DNA of 64,000 bases. It comes from Octopus vulgaris (lineage: Eukaryota). How positions within the stretch are numbered: position 1 is the first letter of the stretch; each line of letters begins with the position of its first letter. Made by a program: the position numbers and the translations under genes. The stretch is from contig OX597825.1 in assembly GCA_951406725.2 (NCBI GenBank), positions 49,786,001-49,850,000 of the forward strand, read 5' to 3'. Below the pieces are notes generated by a model. The model saw only the letters and a list, made by a program, of their open reading frames with translations, made no database searches and was not told the origin of the DNA. Shown piece by piece: positions 42,912 to 56,500 of this stretch.

Positions 42912-45900
42912 TGATGCTGTCCATGTAAATAGTAGGAATTGAAGTAGTGGCAGTATTATGCGATTTTTATTCCTTCATAATCTCAAACTGTTCACGTCCC
43001 TATATATCCTTATATATCATTGTCCTTCTTCCTCTAATTTATGTATTCAGATAAAGAGGTTTGGTGGAGATTTAAGAGGTGATAACATCTATAAAAGTAG
43101 TAAAGTAAATAATTTCTTAATCTTTTCTTGTCATATAAATATCAAACGATAAAAAAATTCATATTCCGATTTTCAGTAATGCATATTTTAAAATCAACCT
43201 ATTTCAAACGAGTAAAAACAAAAAGTTAAGAACGTTGATTTAGTGTCACCCATGGTTTCAGTGACTGCAAAGTCTAATTATCCTCGAATATTATTTTTAT
43301 CCAAGATATTTTACAACTTTAAGTCTATTGAACTTCTATTTACGGCCCAGCGGTCAAGGTTTCAGATCATTTGTCAAGAGATTTGGTATAGATCAAATAT
43401 GTGCAACTATTCAGGAGGCGAAGAAAATTTAAAGATTTCAAACTTGCAAATACCGTAAAGTTTTAAACATGCTGTCCATTACACGAGGGTAACATAATTC
43501 TGGTACCGTAAATATGTGTGCGGATAAAGAACAAATAAATATACATGCGTACATTAATAGCTCTTATAATTGCTCTTTACTTGCGTACATTATATTTACA
43601 TGCGTACATTAAAACGTCTTATAATTGCTCTTCACGTTGCTAAGAAACGAAGATCTTCATTTGTGAAACATTAAGACCTGTTAGTAATTAATCTTTCACA
43701 CGTACTTGTAAATTGATGTGTCTCTGCCTGTAGAGCTAACGCTTTTAACAATACTAATGGACTGATAATCACCAAGCAAAGTTGGACGTGTTTCTTGTCA
43801 ATTCGTTATACAGAAAGAATTGTTTTATGTAACTACTGCGACTATGTGTAAAATGGGATTAAATTTATATTTAATAAACGCTCGAATATAAAAGTACAAA
43901 GATATTGTAGATTACAACTATTTACAGATAATATTAGGAATAACTCATATTGCTTTTACTCAGTTGAATATTTGTATATCCACTGACAATGCAGAGAGGA
44001 ATTGTTTGAACCATCTCTATAATCTTAGTAAATGGTAAAATCTACCTCTCCTAAAGGCTTTTTCTGTAGACCATAATTTGACAAGTTTGTATATGCCGAC
44101 TACAATACCAAATGTTTATTTGTATGATTTTTTAGATCCACGGGATTAATTGTGAACATGAAGTTGTATGAAGATGCATGAAGTTTTCAATTCTGATAGT
44201 TTAATAATTGTTTGGTAGCATCAAAGTTATAGTTGAGGAGTATGTTTGCTGACTGATATACGGCAGTCGATGTTGATAGATCATTGGACTTTTTTTAAAA
44301 ATAGATCTACTTTTATACTTTCCAGATATGCTTGTAATTTAAGTTTTCTGTGCCGTTAGCCCAGCTGTATTTTATTGTTCAGTCAAAGGAAAAGGCAGCG
44401 TCTCCCACCACCACTTATGGGATGGAAGAAGGTACCCTCAAACTAGAAACTTGCCCCGAATACGTACTAAAGAGTGAACTTCGCTAAAAGCACCCAAGGT
44501 TGAGTTGTCATTATCAAATAAACCAAGATTCAAGTCTATTGGAGGTGTTTTATCGCTTGTGTCCATTTTGCTTGATGATGGGAATGTTATACGTATTCCT
44601 TCTCTTTGGTAAAGTTTTTCATTAGTCAATGTAAACTAAAAATAAGTTCTGGCACTGTTAAATTGTGAACTCATCTTTTGGACACAGTTCCTATATAAGT
44701 GAGCAATGTTTCTACGCTAATGGCAACTTGCTATATGTAACACTAAGATCAATAGGAGAAGCAATATAGTAACAATTTGTTAATATAGAGTCTTTCTCAG
44801 GAAGAAAAATCAAAGCAATTGTGATATAACATTTAAACCATCTACTGTGAAAGAGTGGTTAAATTACAGCGTATTCCGAGATTTATGAATACTTATGAAA
44901 CATCACTTTCATTTTCTACAGTAAGGTGGTAATTCACTAAGTAACAAGAGTGTATAACGTCTTGTAGTGCTATAAATAACAGCAAAAAGCTGGGTACACT
45001 TTCAAAACATCATAATAGTAATTTTACACTACTATATAAGACAATTTAAAGAGATAGTTGTGATGTCCATGCATATCACATGCTGGAATGAATATCGTAT
45101 CGAATGCAGTTTTAGTTTTCTAACTGGGTAGCTCTGGGTGTATTCTACTGTGAAAATTGCTTACTGACTCTTATAACTTACGATTAAAATAATAAAAGAC
45201 CGTTAAAAGCTCGTCATTTCAAAGTTTACCTACAAAAAGTCAACCTCAACAAGTTGCTCCATACCCCCAAAATCTAACACATTTCTCGGCTGTTTGACGG
45301 TATTAGCGCTGTTTACCAGAATGAAATAGAATACAATTGTATGTTGCTTAATTTTGGTGATAATGGCACTACCAACGAACAGAATCATATAATCGGTCAC
45401 TTTTACAATCGATCTCTGTCTCTATATATATTCAAATGGAATAATGTGATCGCTGCTGACTATTGTACATTTCATACACTTTAAACTTGAATAGATTCTT
45501 TCCAGTGAAGATATGTACTGAAGTGAAAACTTGACAGAAATTAATGCTCTTTCAAACGAAACGAAGTTGACAGAATTTTCAGCAATGTTTGTGTTTAAAT
45601 GATTGACACATCTTAATTGTCACATGGAGTATTTAAAATATGTGTGTCTTCTATCCGTATATGTTCGCACCATTGAGCAATGCTGTTTTAATCTATTCCC
45701 GTTCATTACATTTATCACACTTATTTCCCAAGCGTCTACTTTGTCGGACAATATTGGCACTTATACCGTTACATACTCTCGACCACCATCATTAGTACAG
45801 TTTTACCTTATACAAATATATGTGGAATATATCTCTCTATTTCATCCACTCTCACTCCTCACTTGCGCACGCACAGTTACATATATACACGTATGTGTAT

Positions 45901-46066
45901 ATATATGTGTGTGTGTGTGTATGTGTGTGAGCATATAATATTTTGTCCGTTATTGAAATTGTAGTACTCAAATGGTTAAACTTGTTTAAGGACTCTTGTT
46001 TTCTTGGTTTATGTTCATTTTGTTGTTTGAATTATATTATATTATATATTATATTGTATTATATTG

Positions 46067-46163
46067 TGTGGGCATACCGCGTAGTGGTTAAGAGCGCGGG
46101 CTACTAGCCCCAAGATACCGAGCTCGATTCCAAGCAGTGACCTGAACAATAATAATAATAATA

Positions 46164-46194
<31 letters not shown>

Positions 46195-46428
46195 TAGTAG
46201 CATTGAAAAATACCTTAGAAATGAGGACCCAGGTTCGAAATTTCCCCAAGACACCTCATGAAAGCTGGAGGGCATATTAGCCGAAACGTTGTGTTAACAA
46301 CACCCAGCGGTGGTGCCCCAGCATGGCCGCGGCCTTCGGGCTAAAATATTTTAAAGGATTTTAAGGATTTAAGGAACAAACAAAATGAGAACAAATATCT
46401 GTCGAATGAAAATAATGTAAATAACGTA

Positions 46429-46430
<2 letters not shown>
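46067..46430 (+). mobile_element. tRNA-headed SINE-like element containing a hammerhead motif, interrupted by a ~70-bp SINE tail
   Basis: A box cgcgtagtgg, B-box-like gctcgattcc, (AAT)n, second ggttcgaaat, then acac-CTCATGA-..gctg..tagcc-GAAAC-GTT-gtgt at 46251-46294. Confidence 0.72.
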
Positions 46431-46505
<75 letters not shown>

Positions 46506-46548
46506 ATTGTTGTTGTTGTTGTTGTTATCATCATCATCATCATCATCA

Positions 46549-46609
<61 letters not shown>

Positions 46610-46633
46610 CATCATCATTACTATTATTGTTAT
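46428..46633. repeat. (TAT)n/(TGT)n/(CAT)n microsatellite, 5' flank of the Tx1 element
   Basis: Direct reading. Confidence 0.96.
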
Positions 46634-46842
46634 TCTTTCTTCTCGAGAGGACGGACGTGTGTAAAGCTGCTCCGTAAGTTTTCGGCAAATTTGATTGGAA
46701 ATTTCTATAAAAGTTTTTATATTTTTCGATATTTGTGTGGCCAAGCCAACTAACTTCTAACGGAGCTAGTTGGCTCGGCAAAATTTTACCCCATTAGGGG
46801 TAAAATTGCATTTTTGAACTGTGAAAATTGCATTTTTGAACT

Positions 46843-48663
46843 GTGAAAATTGCAAAAAATTATACAAACTTTTTGAACAAAAATAGCTATGTAGAGACCA
46901 GTCGGCTGTTCCCTTCTACCAACATCACACCCTCCGCAAACACACACACCATCAAACACGGTTCTGAACCTCCCACTTCGCGGCATAAAAGGCAACAAAA
47001 AATCTGTGAAGCTGTCGGCACGAGCAGCGTTCGGAATGAGAAAGAAAATCAGGACGTCACTTTTGACGTCATTGAGGATTTCCCTCCTATTCCCTCCACC
47101 AATGCTCCGGTACCGGAGAGGGAGGAAGAGCAACCCATGACTAACAAAGACACAACAACGAGCAAAAACAGTGAACAAAATTCTAACGGCTTCGCCTCCG
47201 CTGCGAAGCAGGTTTCGGAGGAAATAAAAGTTACAATACAAGAGATAAAAAAAGCAAAGGTGTTATTGAGGAAAGAAGGCAATAGCATTTTCCTCAGTAC
47301 TCCACAAGAAGTAATTAATGAAGCAAACAAAAAATCAGTCACTTAGAAAATTTTCGACAAAAAATGCAAAAAAATTACAAACGCCTCACCGCAACATCTG
47401 GAAATAGCTCTGAAGCCCATTTGGGGACAAAAGTGCTATGTGACCAAGGTGAAGCGTTTTGGAACTGTAGAGGTTCGTTTCCGAACGGAGGAGGATGCAA
47501 GGGCGCATGCCATTTCGTCCTTGCAAACCGAAAATTTGTTAATCGTCCCAACCTACCTCGGTCGGCGAGTAACGAAAATAAAAATTGACCAGGTGCCGCC
47601 CAAGCTCGATATATCTTGGCTGGTGGCAGCTGTCCTCTATGACATAGAGGACACTGCCACTATTCTGGATGTACGGAGAGTAAAGGAGAAGAACTGGTCA
47701 GGAATGGGAGTTCTGCTCCTGGCGCAGATTCAACAAGAAAACATCCATACCATCTAGATTCCGTTAATTTGCCGGACAGCACCAGATTACACGTTGTTGT
47801 GGAGGGGCGAAAGCCAAAATGTTACCTCTGCAGCAGCGAAAGCCACCTAAAAATGGACTGCCCCATTTATAAGAAAATAATGGAGGCCGAAGGCAAGAGG
47901 CAGCAGCAACAACAAGAACAACAAGAACAACAACAAAAACAACAACAGCACGAAACACCAAAGGCTGCCACACCACCAACACCATCACCAACACCACGAA
48001 GTACAACACAAGCTCCAGCAATCACCAAACCAACACCAACACCAAGAAAGACCACACAAAAAGAAGCAGCAACTCCGTCCCCAACACATACCACTACAGC
48101 AAACAATGACTTTCGACCTAATGTTGACCCGACAAATGTCCCCTTTTCCGGATCAGGTAAGCTCGGATTCTGTGAGCACTGATAGCGAAAAAGGGGTGTG
48201 GCAAACTGTGCCACCCAAAAAGAAAAGACGGAGGAAGCAAAAAGACACACACAAAACACAGGGGAAGCAAGAACAAATAGAGCTTCCTCAAATCAACAAC
48301 AACAACATGCACTCACAACAACAAATAAAAAGAAAAAACACTTTCGCCACCATTACTGCCACACACATCAACACACACAGGCACCGTTACAGCAATAAAC
48401 ACGAAAAACGAACAACTTGTTGCATACCTAAAGGAAAAAACAGACACAAAAGTAACAGATTTCATTAAACCAACACATAACACACCACCAGCACACATTC
48501 TCACAATAAAAATTACTGAAAACAAATACAACATTATTAAGGAGAAATTCCATAACGATGTCGGGTCGCTAGGGAGGAATTTCTCCCATGAACTATATAA
48601 AAACTTGTTGGTGGAAACACTCGTGCAAAAGCACAAGCGAGCCACCCCACCAAACAACAGTAA
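46843..48663 (+). pseudogene. Tx1 ORF1 (gag-like), frameshifted
   Basis: CYLCSSESHLKMDC zinc knuckle; Q/T/P-rich low-complexity region; WQTVPPKKKRRRK. Confidence 0.8.
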
Positions 48664-48702
48664 GTAGAGTCTTTTTCTCCTTTTTAAACCTTTTAGAAAA
48701 AC

Positions 48703-51700
48703 ATGGCTAAACTCAGAATAGGATGCCTAAATGTGAGAGGCCTCGAGTCACCTTGGAAACAGGGCCACCTGTTAAACGACCTGAGGTCTCACAGCGTGGA
48801 TGTAGCAGCCATTAGTGAAACCAGGCTCTCCGACCCGTAGGAATTCGCGGCCCTTTTCGGCGGAAACGAGATTTTTCTATCTCCGTGTCCTTGACGTAGA
48901 CTGTAGTGATGGCGGTGCTTTCAGACTGCTGGCTGCCTACGCTCCCATAGGAGCGGGGCAGTCCGAGTATTTCAAGTGTCTGGAAGTTTTCCTAGGAACG
49001 TCACGCACTCTAGTGCTAGTTGGGAATTGGAACGCTGTCTTAGACGAACGTTTCGATCGGGTGGGCACGGGAGCTTCTGATAGGAGAGGGAGGTGCAAGA
49101 GCCTCGCCAACCTGCTCAGACGCATTCAGCTGTCCGACAGGTTTCGACTAGACAACCCGAATGTGCCAATGTGGACTTGGACTAATCGTATCGTGTCGTC
49201 TAGCACGTACTTAGATAGAGTGTTCTGTAGGCAAGCGGATAAGGACAGCATAAGGTGTCCACATTTCCACCTAGTCGACTACACGGACCACAAATTCGTG
49301 ATCTGTACGGTCGACTTAGATAGGCTACGTAGACAGAGACCCGGCTACTGGAAGCTGAACGCGTCGTTAACGGCGTGCAAAGCCTACAGAGACCGGATTA
49401 GTTTATTAGTTAAACGGGCGCTCACGGGGCAATCATCACCAACAACTGACGGTTTGCCCTCAAGAGAGCAATTATAGAAGAGTCGATTAGGTTTAGTAAG
49501 GCTCTAGCTGTGGAACGTAGGAAAACGGAACGGGATTTAGTTAGAAAACTAGACGAGGCTCTTGCGACAGGCATCGCAACCGACGTGTTGGCGGCTAGGT
49601 TGGCCCTCGACCAACAATTTTACGCCAAACACGAAGGTTGCATTGTCAGAGCTAAGGCGCGTTCGCTAAGCGGGGAGGGGACTAAGGCCGCTCGATGGGC
49701 CCGCGTGGCGGAGGCGAAGCGGGGCAACAGTGAGACCATTCGGTCTTTGGTGGACCAGAACGGGCGCGAGATTTCCGAGTCCAAGCAGATGTGTGCGGTG
49801 TTTCAGCGGCACTTTGGCCAACTGTTTGGGAGGGGCGGTGGGACGGACAACGGTGCAGGCTTCGGTGTGTACCTGGACGGCCTACCGCAACTCTCGGACA
49901 GCGAGGCAGAGTGCTGCGAAAGGCCGATATCTGCCTGGGAATTGGAGGAAGCGATGAAAAGCTGCACGAGAGGTAGATCGCCGGTTCTGGATGGTCTGCT
50001 CTACGAGCTTTACACTTCAATGCCAGACTTATTTGCGGGCCTCTTGGCAAACGTCTACTGCAACTGGCAGCAAAACGGGAGAATTCCTGCTTTTGTTTGT
50101 CGAGGAGTGGTGGCTTTGCTGAGAAAGGACCCAAACAAGGGGGACATTATAGGTAACTTTCGTCCCATCACTCTGCTCAATGCAGAGCTGAAGATTTTGA
50201 CCAAGGTGTTAGCCAAGAGATTGGCGCTTGTCGTGGACGAGTTGGTTGGCAAGGGGCAGACATGCGCCGTGCCGACCAGGTCGATACACGATAATCTCAA
50301 TCTCATGCGCTACACCATAGAAAGGGTGGGTAACGACGCTGGCGCGGGTGAGGCTTTGATCAATTTAGATCAGAGTAAAGCCTTCGATAGGGTCGACCAT
50401 CGATACCTGGCAGCTTTTCTCAAGGCAGCCGGCTTCGGTCCAGTCTTCTGCGGGTGGATCGCTGCTTTATACAGCAACATCTGATCGGCGATACGGGTGA
50501 ACGGTCACCTTTCAGAGCCGTTTGACATCTCGCGTTCGGTCCGCCAAGGATGCCCTCTCTCCTCTCTCTTGTACGTATTGACTCTCGAGCCATTACTGCG
50601 CAAGTTGGAGGCTTTGAGGGGTATCCCGCGCGATCTAGGAGGTGGAAACAGCGTGTCTGCCTATGCCGACGACGTCACCGTGATGGTATCGAGCCACAGG
50701 CACATTGACCTGATTGGCGAGACGCTAAACGAATACGAAGCGGTGACAGGAGCAAAAATTAACGCGGAAAAGTCCGTGGGCTTGCAACTAGGCACCTGGA
50801 GAGTTAAGTCCATGCCGCCCAACAGCGTCGTAGGGCGCTGGAAAGACGGACCTGTTAAACTGCTCGGGGTCTGGTTCGGTTCGGACCTCCAGGTGGATAA
50901 AAACTGGGAAGAAGTAACAAGCAGGGTGCCCAATCTCACCCAGAAATGGGCCTAGGGGAAGCTGTCCCTGAAAGGTCGAGCGGAGGTGGCGAATGGCGTA
51001 CAACGCATCCGTCATCTATTACCGCTTGACCGTCGTCCCTTGTCCCGACCGCTGGTTGGCCAAGCTGGTACGCCTGCTCTTCGACTTTTAGTGGAAGGGT
51101 CAGGAACCACTGGTCAGGCGATCTATCTGCTGTCAACGACCGCTGAACGGAGGCCTTGGCATGCCTTGGTTACTGATGAGCAGACATGTGCTCAGGGTAC
51201 GGCATCTCAAGTGTTTCGTAGATGGTGAACATGTGTGGTCGTCTTTTGTCAGACGCGACTTTCCGCAGCTCGTCTCTTTGACCGAGCTGCAGACCTGGAT
51301 CAAACGTAGACCGAGAAAGGGCGCTTGGCACCTCGAGTGCCGTTAAGCTCTCTTCGCCCTCCGCCAGGCGGGCAATGCGATCGGTAGTAGTTCCACCGTA
51401 GCGTTCCATAGAGGGTTAGTGGAAGAAAAGTGCGACGACATTCTCGGGAAAACTCTAGGCGTTGACGATAACGAGCTGAGCAGTCTACTCGGAAGGACTT
51501 TCGGGCCGGGGCCAATGGATAATTTCCAGAGGTCGCTCGCCTGGTAGTGCTACCTAGGAGCTCTGCCTGTTCGGGATAAACTCTACCAGCACGGAAGTGC
51601 CGTCAGCCGGACCTGCCCGAGATGCTGCCAGGACGACGAAACCGTTTTGCACGCGTTCGTCCAGTGTCTGAGTAATGCTGAACTATGGGTTTATGTCGAA

Positions 51701-52030
51701 CAGCTACTGTCGCGTATAGGACGGATGGGGCTATCAGCTGAATCCATAGTGAAGATTGCCCCGTCGACCTCCTTTAACCGGGAGGGCAAGGCAGTTTTCC
51801 TTTGCCTAGTCGCTGTAGCGAAAGAGGTTGTATGGTGGACCCGTTTGAAAGGGCTAAGGTCAGACACTTTTCTCTTTGGCCCAGGCCTCATCAACTTTTT
51901 CAAGTTTCACTTGAAAAGGAAGGTGAGAGTAGAGAGAGAAGTGCTGTCCGATAGCAAGTTTGCTGAAAGGTGGATAAATGTCGCAAGAATGGCCAGTATG
52001 AAAGGAGACATTCTGAGGTTGCACATGTGA
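48703..52030 (+). pseudogene. Tx1 ORF2 (AP endonuclease + reverse transcriptase), with stops and frameshifts
   Basis: MAKLRIGCLNVRGL, GNWNAV, YLDRVF, YTDHK, GYWKLN, FRPITLLN, DQSKAFDRV, RQGCPLS, YADD (50662-50673) and CPRC..ETVLHAFVQC. Confidence 0.93.
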
Positions 52031-52309
52031 TTTAAAAAGGTAATATAAAAGGAGAAAGGGGCTCCCTACCCCCCTTTTTGACCAGGCTCCCGTTGGCTTT
52101 TATGGGTTTAATCCACCAGGAATCTTTCGAAACGCCTCCCCCTATTGTGAGTTTTTCGTTGTTATATTTTCGTTGTTATATTTTCGATGTTAAACTGCTT
52201 TTTACTCGGTTTTTTTCACAAACGGACAAAACCCTTTGTAACCTTTCATCCTGCTTTTGTCCTTTTAAGTAATAATTGGCTTGTGTCAGCCCTTGTGGCC
52301 AATAAAAGA

Positions 52310-52310
<1 letters not shown>

Positions 52311-52384
<74 letters not shown>
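52311..52384. repeat. (TAT)n microsatellite shared by the converging Tx1 and Dong 3' ends
   Basis: Direct reading. Confidence 0.97.
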
Positions 52385-52385
<1 letters not shown>

Positions 52386-53401
52386 CAGTAGTTTTATTTT
52401 TAAGCGTGCTTTCACTTCACTACGGAGCGCAGCTCTGTGTGCCTTGGGTATTTGCTGTGGTTTGTTATAATGTTCATATGGTTACTGTATTGAAAGTCTT
52501 TTGCGTAGGATGTGTGCAGTGACCAGTAGTGCAATTTTCTGTATGTTATATATATTTGTAAGTCCTGGTATTTTTGTTATGTATTTGTCTGAATATTTTT
52601 TATCATACCTAATGCGCCTACTTTGATAGGAATTGTTTCTGTTCTTAGATTCCACATTCGAGTTACCTCTATTTCCAGGTCTTTGTATTTTGAAAGTTTC
52701 TCCATTTCTTTTAGAGAGACGTTGTCATCTGCTCGTGTTGATACATCAATTAGAAATCATTGTTTTTCATTCATGATCTCTGACAACTATATTTGGCCTA
52801 TTGGCCTTAATTTCTCTATCTGTGTGTATTGGCATATCCCAGTGTGTAGTTGCTTTCTCGTTTTCTATGACCTTTTCTGGCGTGTGCCTATACCATCTTT
52901 TTTCTGTTGTTATTCCATAGTGTTGGCGTAGCATCCAGTGTATGTAGGTCTCAACACTGTCGTGTCTGTGAATATGTTCCTTCTTAGCCAGGACTGGGAA
53001 GCCAGAGATAATATGATTTATTGTTTCTTGTCCATCTCCACATATTCTGCAGTTACTTATGTTTCTTTTCATTATATGTTTTTGGTAATTTCTAGTGTGG
53101 GGACTTTGGTCTTGTGCTGTAATAAAAAAATTCTTCCATCTCTGCTTTGAGTCCTGAGCTTCTCAACCATTGCTGGGATTTTACTCTCTCTATTTCTTTT
53201 GCATATCGTTTAGCCCAGTATTTGTCACGAATGGGGCTTTCCTTGCAAGCGTTTAATCATGGTCCGTTGCTGTTTTAGTTTTAGTTTGGATTTCTTTTGT
53301 TTTATTGCTTTTGTTGTTTCTTCTTTTCTTCTTCATATTTGTTAGATAGTATGATTTCTTGTTTGTATTTGTCAGCTTCCTTTAATACTGAAAACAGTTT
53401 T

Positions 53402-53402
<1 letters not shown>
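52385..53402 (-). mobile_element. R4/Dong-type LINE 3' fragment (family A)
   Basis: CRICGDGQETINHII, RHD and WDMPIHTDREIKANRP; homologous to 725-1810. Confidence 0.92.
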
Positions 53403-53448
<46 letters not shown>

Positions 53449-53514
53449 TGTTGTTGTTGTTGTTGTTGCTGCTGCTGCTGTTGTTGTTGTTATTGTTGTT
53501 ATTATTATTATTAT

Positions 53515-56500
53515 GTTTAACTTTTCTTTTACATTTGCACAAGCTGGCTCCAAGTCTCACCAAGAGACCTCAAGAGACAACAAGTAGGAAGTTCGTGTTG
53601 GTGTTATGCCTAGGGTGGCCATATATTTGATTTTGTACTTAGTGTTGTAATAGTGAATGCCTAAAAATCCATACGAAAATTATGTTTGTTTTAAAACTTG
53701 AGATTACATAGAGAGTATTTTGCGTAGGATATGAGCAGTTCCCATGAGCACTATGTTTTGAATTTCTGCCATTTTGGGGTTTCCTGCTATCTGAGTTAGG
53801 TAGCAATCATCCCCTTTTGCTATAATTCCGAGGGTACCTATGACAATAGGTATTGTTTTAGTCTTCAGGTTACACATTTTGCTGATTTCTATTTCCAGAT
53901 CTTTATATTTCCTCAGTTTCTGGCAGGTCTTGACAGATACGTTTATATCGATTGGGACAGTCATATCAATGAGGAGGCATGGTCTTTGTTTGAAGTCTTT
54001 CAATATGATGTATGGCCTATTAGCATCTATCTTTCTGTCGGTTTGAATGGTGAAGTTCCAGAGGAGTGAGATGTGGTCATTTTCAAGCACTGCAGGTAGT
54101 TTGTGTTCCCACCAGTTTTTATCATGGGGCAAGACCAGGGTTTTGCAAATTACCCTGTGAATATATTGTGCAGTTCTATCATGTCTGTTGAGATACTCAG
54201 TAGGCACAGGAAGACTGCACTTGGAGACAACATGATCAATGGTTTCATTTTGTTTTTGACATACACGACATGTTGGGCTAATGCCGTTCTTTAATATGTT
54301 GGCCTGGTAGTTCCTTGTTGGTAGGCACTGATCTTGAGCTGCTATGATAAAACCTTCTGTTTCAGATTTTAAGCCAGTGGCCATTAGCCATTGATGGGTC
54401 AGGGCTTTGTCAACATCTGTATTATTCGCTCTCTTTGTGTATTTGCCATTGAGAGGTTTTTCTTGCCATTTATCATTCAGAATATCTAAGGCAGCAGTTT
54501 TAGCACGGGTTTTCATGCGCTTAGCTTTTTCTGTGCTTGTTTCTTGAATATCTAATTCCGAAATTCGTTGTATTCGGAATTCACTTAGATATTCCTTTGC
54601 CTGTTTTGTTACTAAGTATGATGATTTCATGTTTTCATGTTTTCAGATAAGTTTTAACATCCAGTCCTCAGAGTTTTTCAGGTAGGTGTCTAAGCCAATT
54701 GTAGCAATCTTCATTGATATTGCCAGTTGTAAAAGTCCACGGCCTCCCTCTTTTCTTGGCAGGTAAAGTCGTTCTATATCTGCCTTAGGGTGGTGCATTC
54801 TATGCATTGTCAACAGTTTTCGTATTTTTTGTCAAGATTACATATTTCAGTAATTGACCAGTTAACGATGTTGAAACTGTAAGTCACGACTGGTATGGCT
54901 AAAGCATTGATAGCTTCCATCCTGTTTCTCGCATTCAGCTCTGTCTTGAGTATTGCTCTTACTCTGCGATAACATTTTCTCCTGATCTTTTCCTTCATCA
55001 CTGAATGCCTTATTCCGTTCCCTTCAATTACCCCTAGGTACTTGTAGCTCTCCTCTGGGTCTAATTCTTTTATGACATTCTGCTGGTCGAGGTAAACGTT
55101 AGATGTTTCTGTCATTTTTCCTTTGATAAAGGTAGCTTTTGCACACTTATCGAGGCCAAATTGCATTCTGATGTCATCACTGAATTGTTAACAATCGTTA
55201 GTAAGCCCTTGAGTTGTTGGACATTTTTTGCAAAGAGCTTTAAATCATCCATGTAAATGAGAGTATTTATATTTTCATCCAACATTTTATATCCGTACTG
55301 TGCGTCATTGAGCAATTTTGAGAGAGGTATTAAAGCTAAACAAAAGAAAAGTGGTGATAATGAGTCACCCTAGAAAATGCCACATGAAATTTTTTACATC
55401 ACCAGCATTTAGAGATTCATCGTCACTGTTCAAAGTTAGTGTGGTTCTCCATGATCTCATACTTACAGACAAAACGTTTCGCAAAGTAAGCGCTATTTTA
55501 TACATTTCCAGGCATTTCTTAATCCAGCTATGTGGTAGGCTATCAAAAGCCTTTTTATAGTCGATCCAGGCTATTGACAAGGTTTTGTGTCGTTTGTGAC
55601 AATCTTCTAAGATCATCGTATTGATGAGTAGTTGATCTTTACAACCATATGATCCACGTTTACATCCTTTCTGTTCATTAGGGAATATGCTGCTGTCTGT
55701 TAAAAAACTATAGGTATATTCCGTCAGGACAGATGTTAGCGTTTTATACATAGTTGTTAAGTAGGTTATGGGTCTATAGTTTTTTGGTTAATTTGTTTCT
55801 TCACTTTTGGGGAGCAGGAATGTTAAACCATTAACTAGCCAGGCAGGCATCCTACTAGGGTGTTGCAAAACATCCCTGTAATGTTCTGTTAACAGTTCGT
55901 GGCTCTCTGGGAAGGCATTTAACCAGAAGTTAGGAATTTTATCCTTTCCTGGGGACTTCCATTTGCTTGACCTGAGAGCAGACCTTACATCTTCTACCTT
56001 GACACCCTCCCACTTTTGCTCCTCTAAGGAATACAAGTCTGTAGCTATTCTATCAATCCAAGGGGCCTTTTCGTTGTGTGTTTTTTCTCCTGCCCAAAGT
56101 TTACTCCAAAAGCCCGGCACTTCTTCTTTTGATGGTACAGACTTTACAGTAACTGGTGTTTTCCCTATCTTCATTTAAACATTTTTGTGGTTAGTTTGAA
56201 ACATGTTGTTGTCCTTGAAGAATCTAACACGCTTTCATACCTCGCTATGCGGGCAGCTTTAGCAGATACCTTTTGCTTGATGGTTTCTATAGTGGCATCA
56301 ATATCAAGTATAGTTTTCATATTATATTTTTTCTTTAATTTTTAGGTTTTTGTAGGTTTGGTAGTCTTGTCAAGCTTAAGGTTTTTCTAACATTCTATGT
56401 CAGACCTAAGTAGTTTAATTTGATGTTGGATACGCTCTTGCCAAGAAGGCTTCTTGTGGGAATGTTGCCGTTTTCTAATCTTTTCACCACATAGAATCGT

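Larger units (their letters stand above)
46634..52310 (+). mobile_element. Near full-length Tx1/L1-clade LINE, inactivated
   Basis: ORF1 with a CCHC knuckle; ORF2 with APE-RT-zinc finger; AATAAA at 52301-52306 followed by (TTA)n. Confidence 0.93.

Noticed and set aside
43050-43432. Short plus-strand frames containing KRFG twice, suggesting a neuropeptide precursor
   Set aside because: No signal peptide, weak splice sites and no repeated peptide
46067-46143. tRNA gene (also at the other SINE heads)
   Set aside because: The acceptor stem does not pair and there is no oligo-T terminator; these are SINE heads
47867-48259. Cys-rich minus-strand ORF
   Set aside because: Antisense shadow of the CAA/ACC-rich Tx1 ORF1
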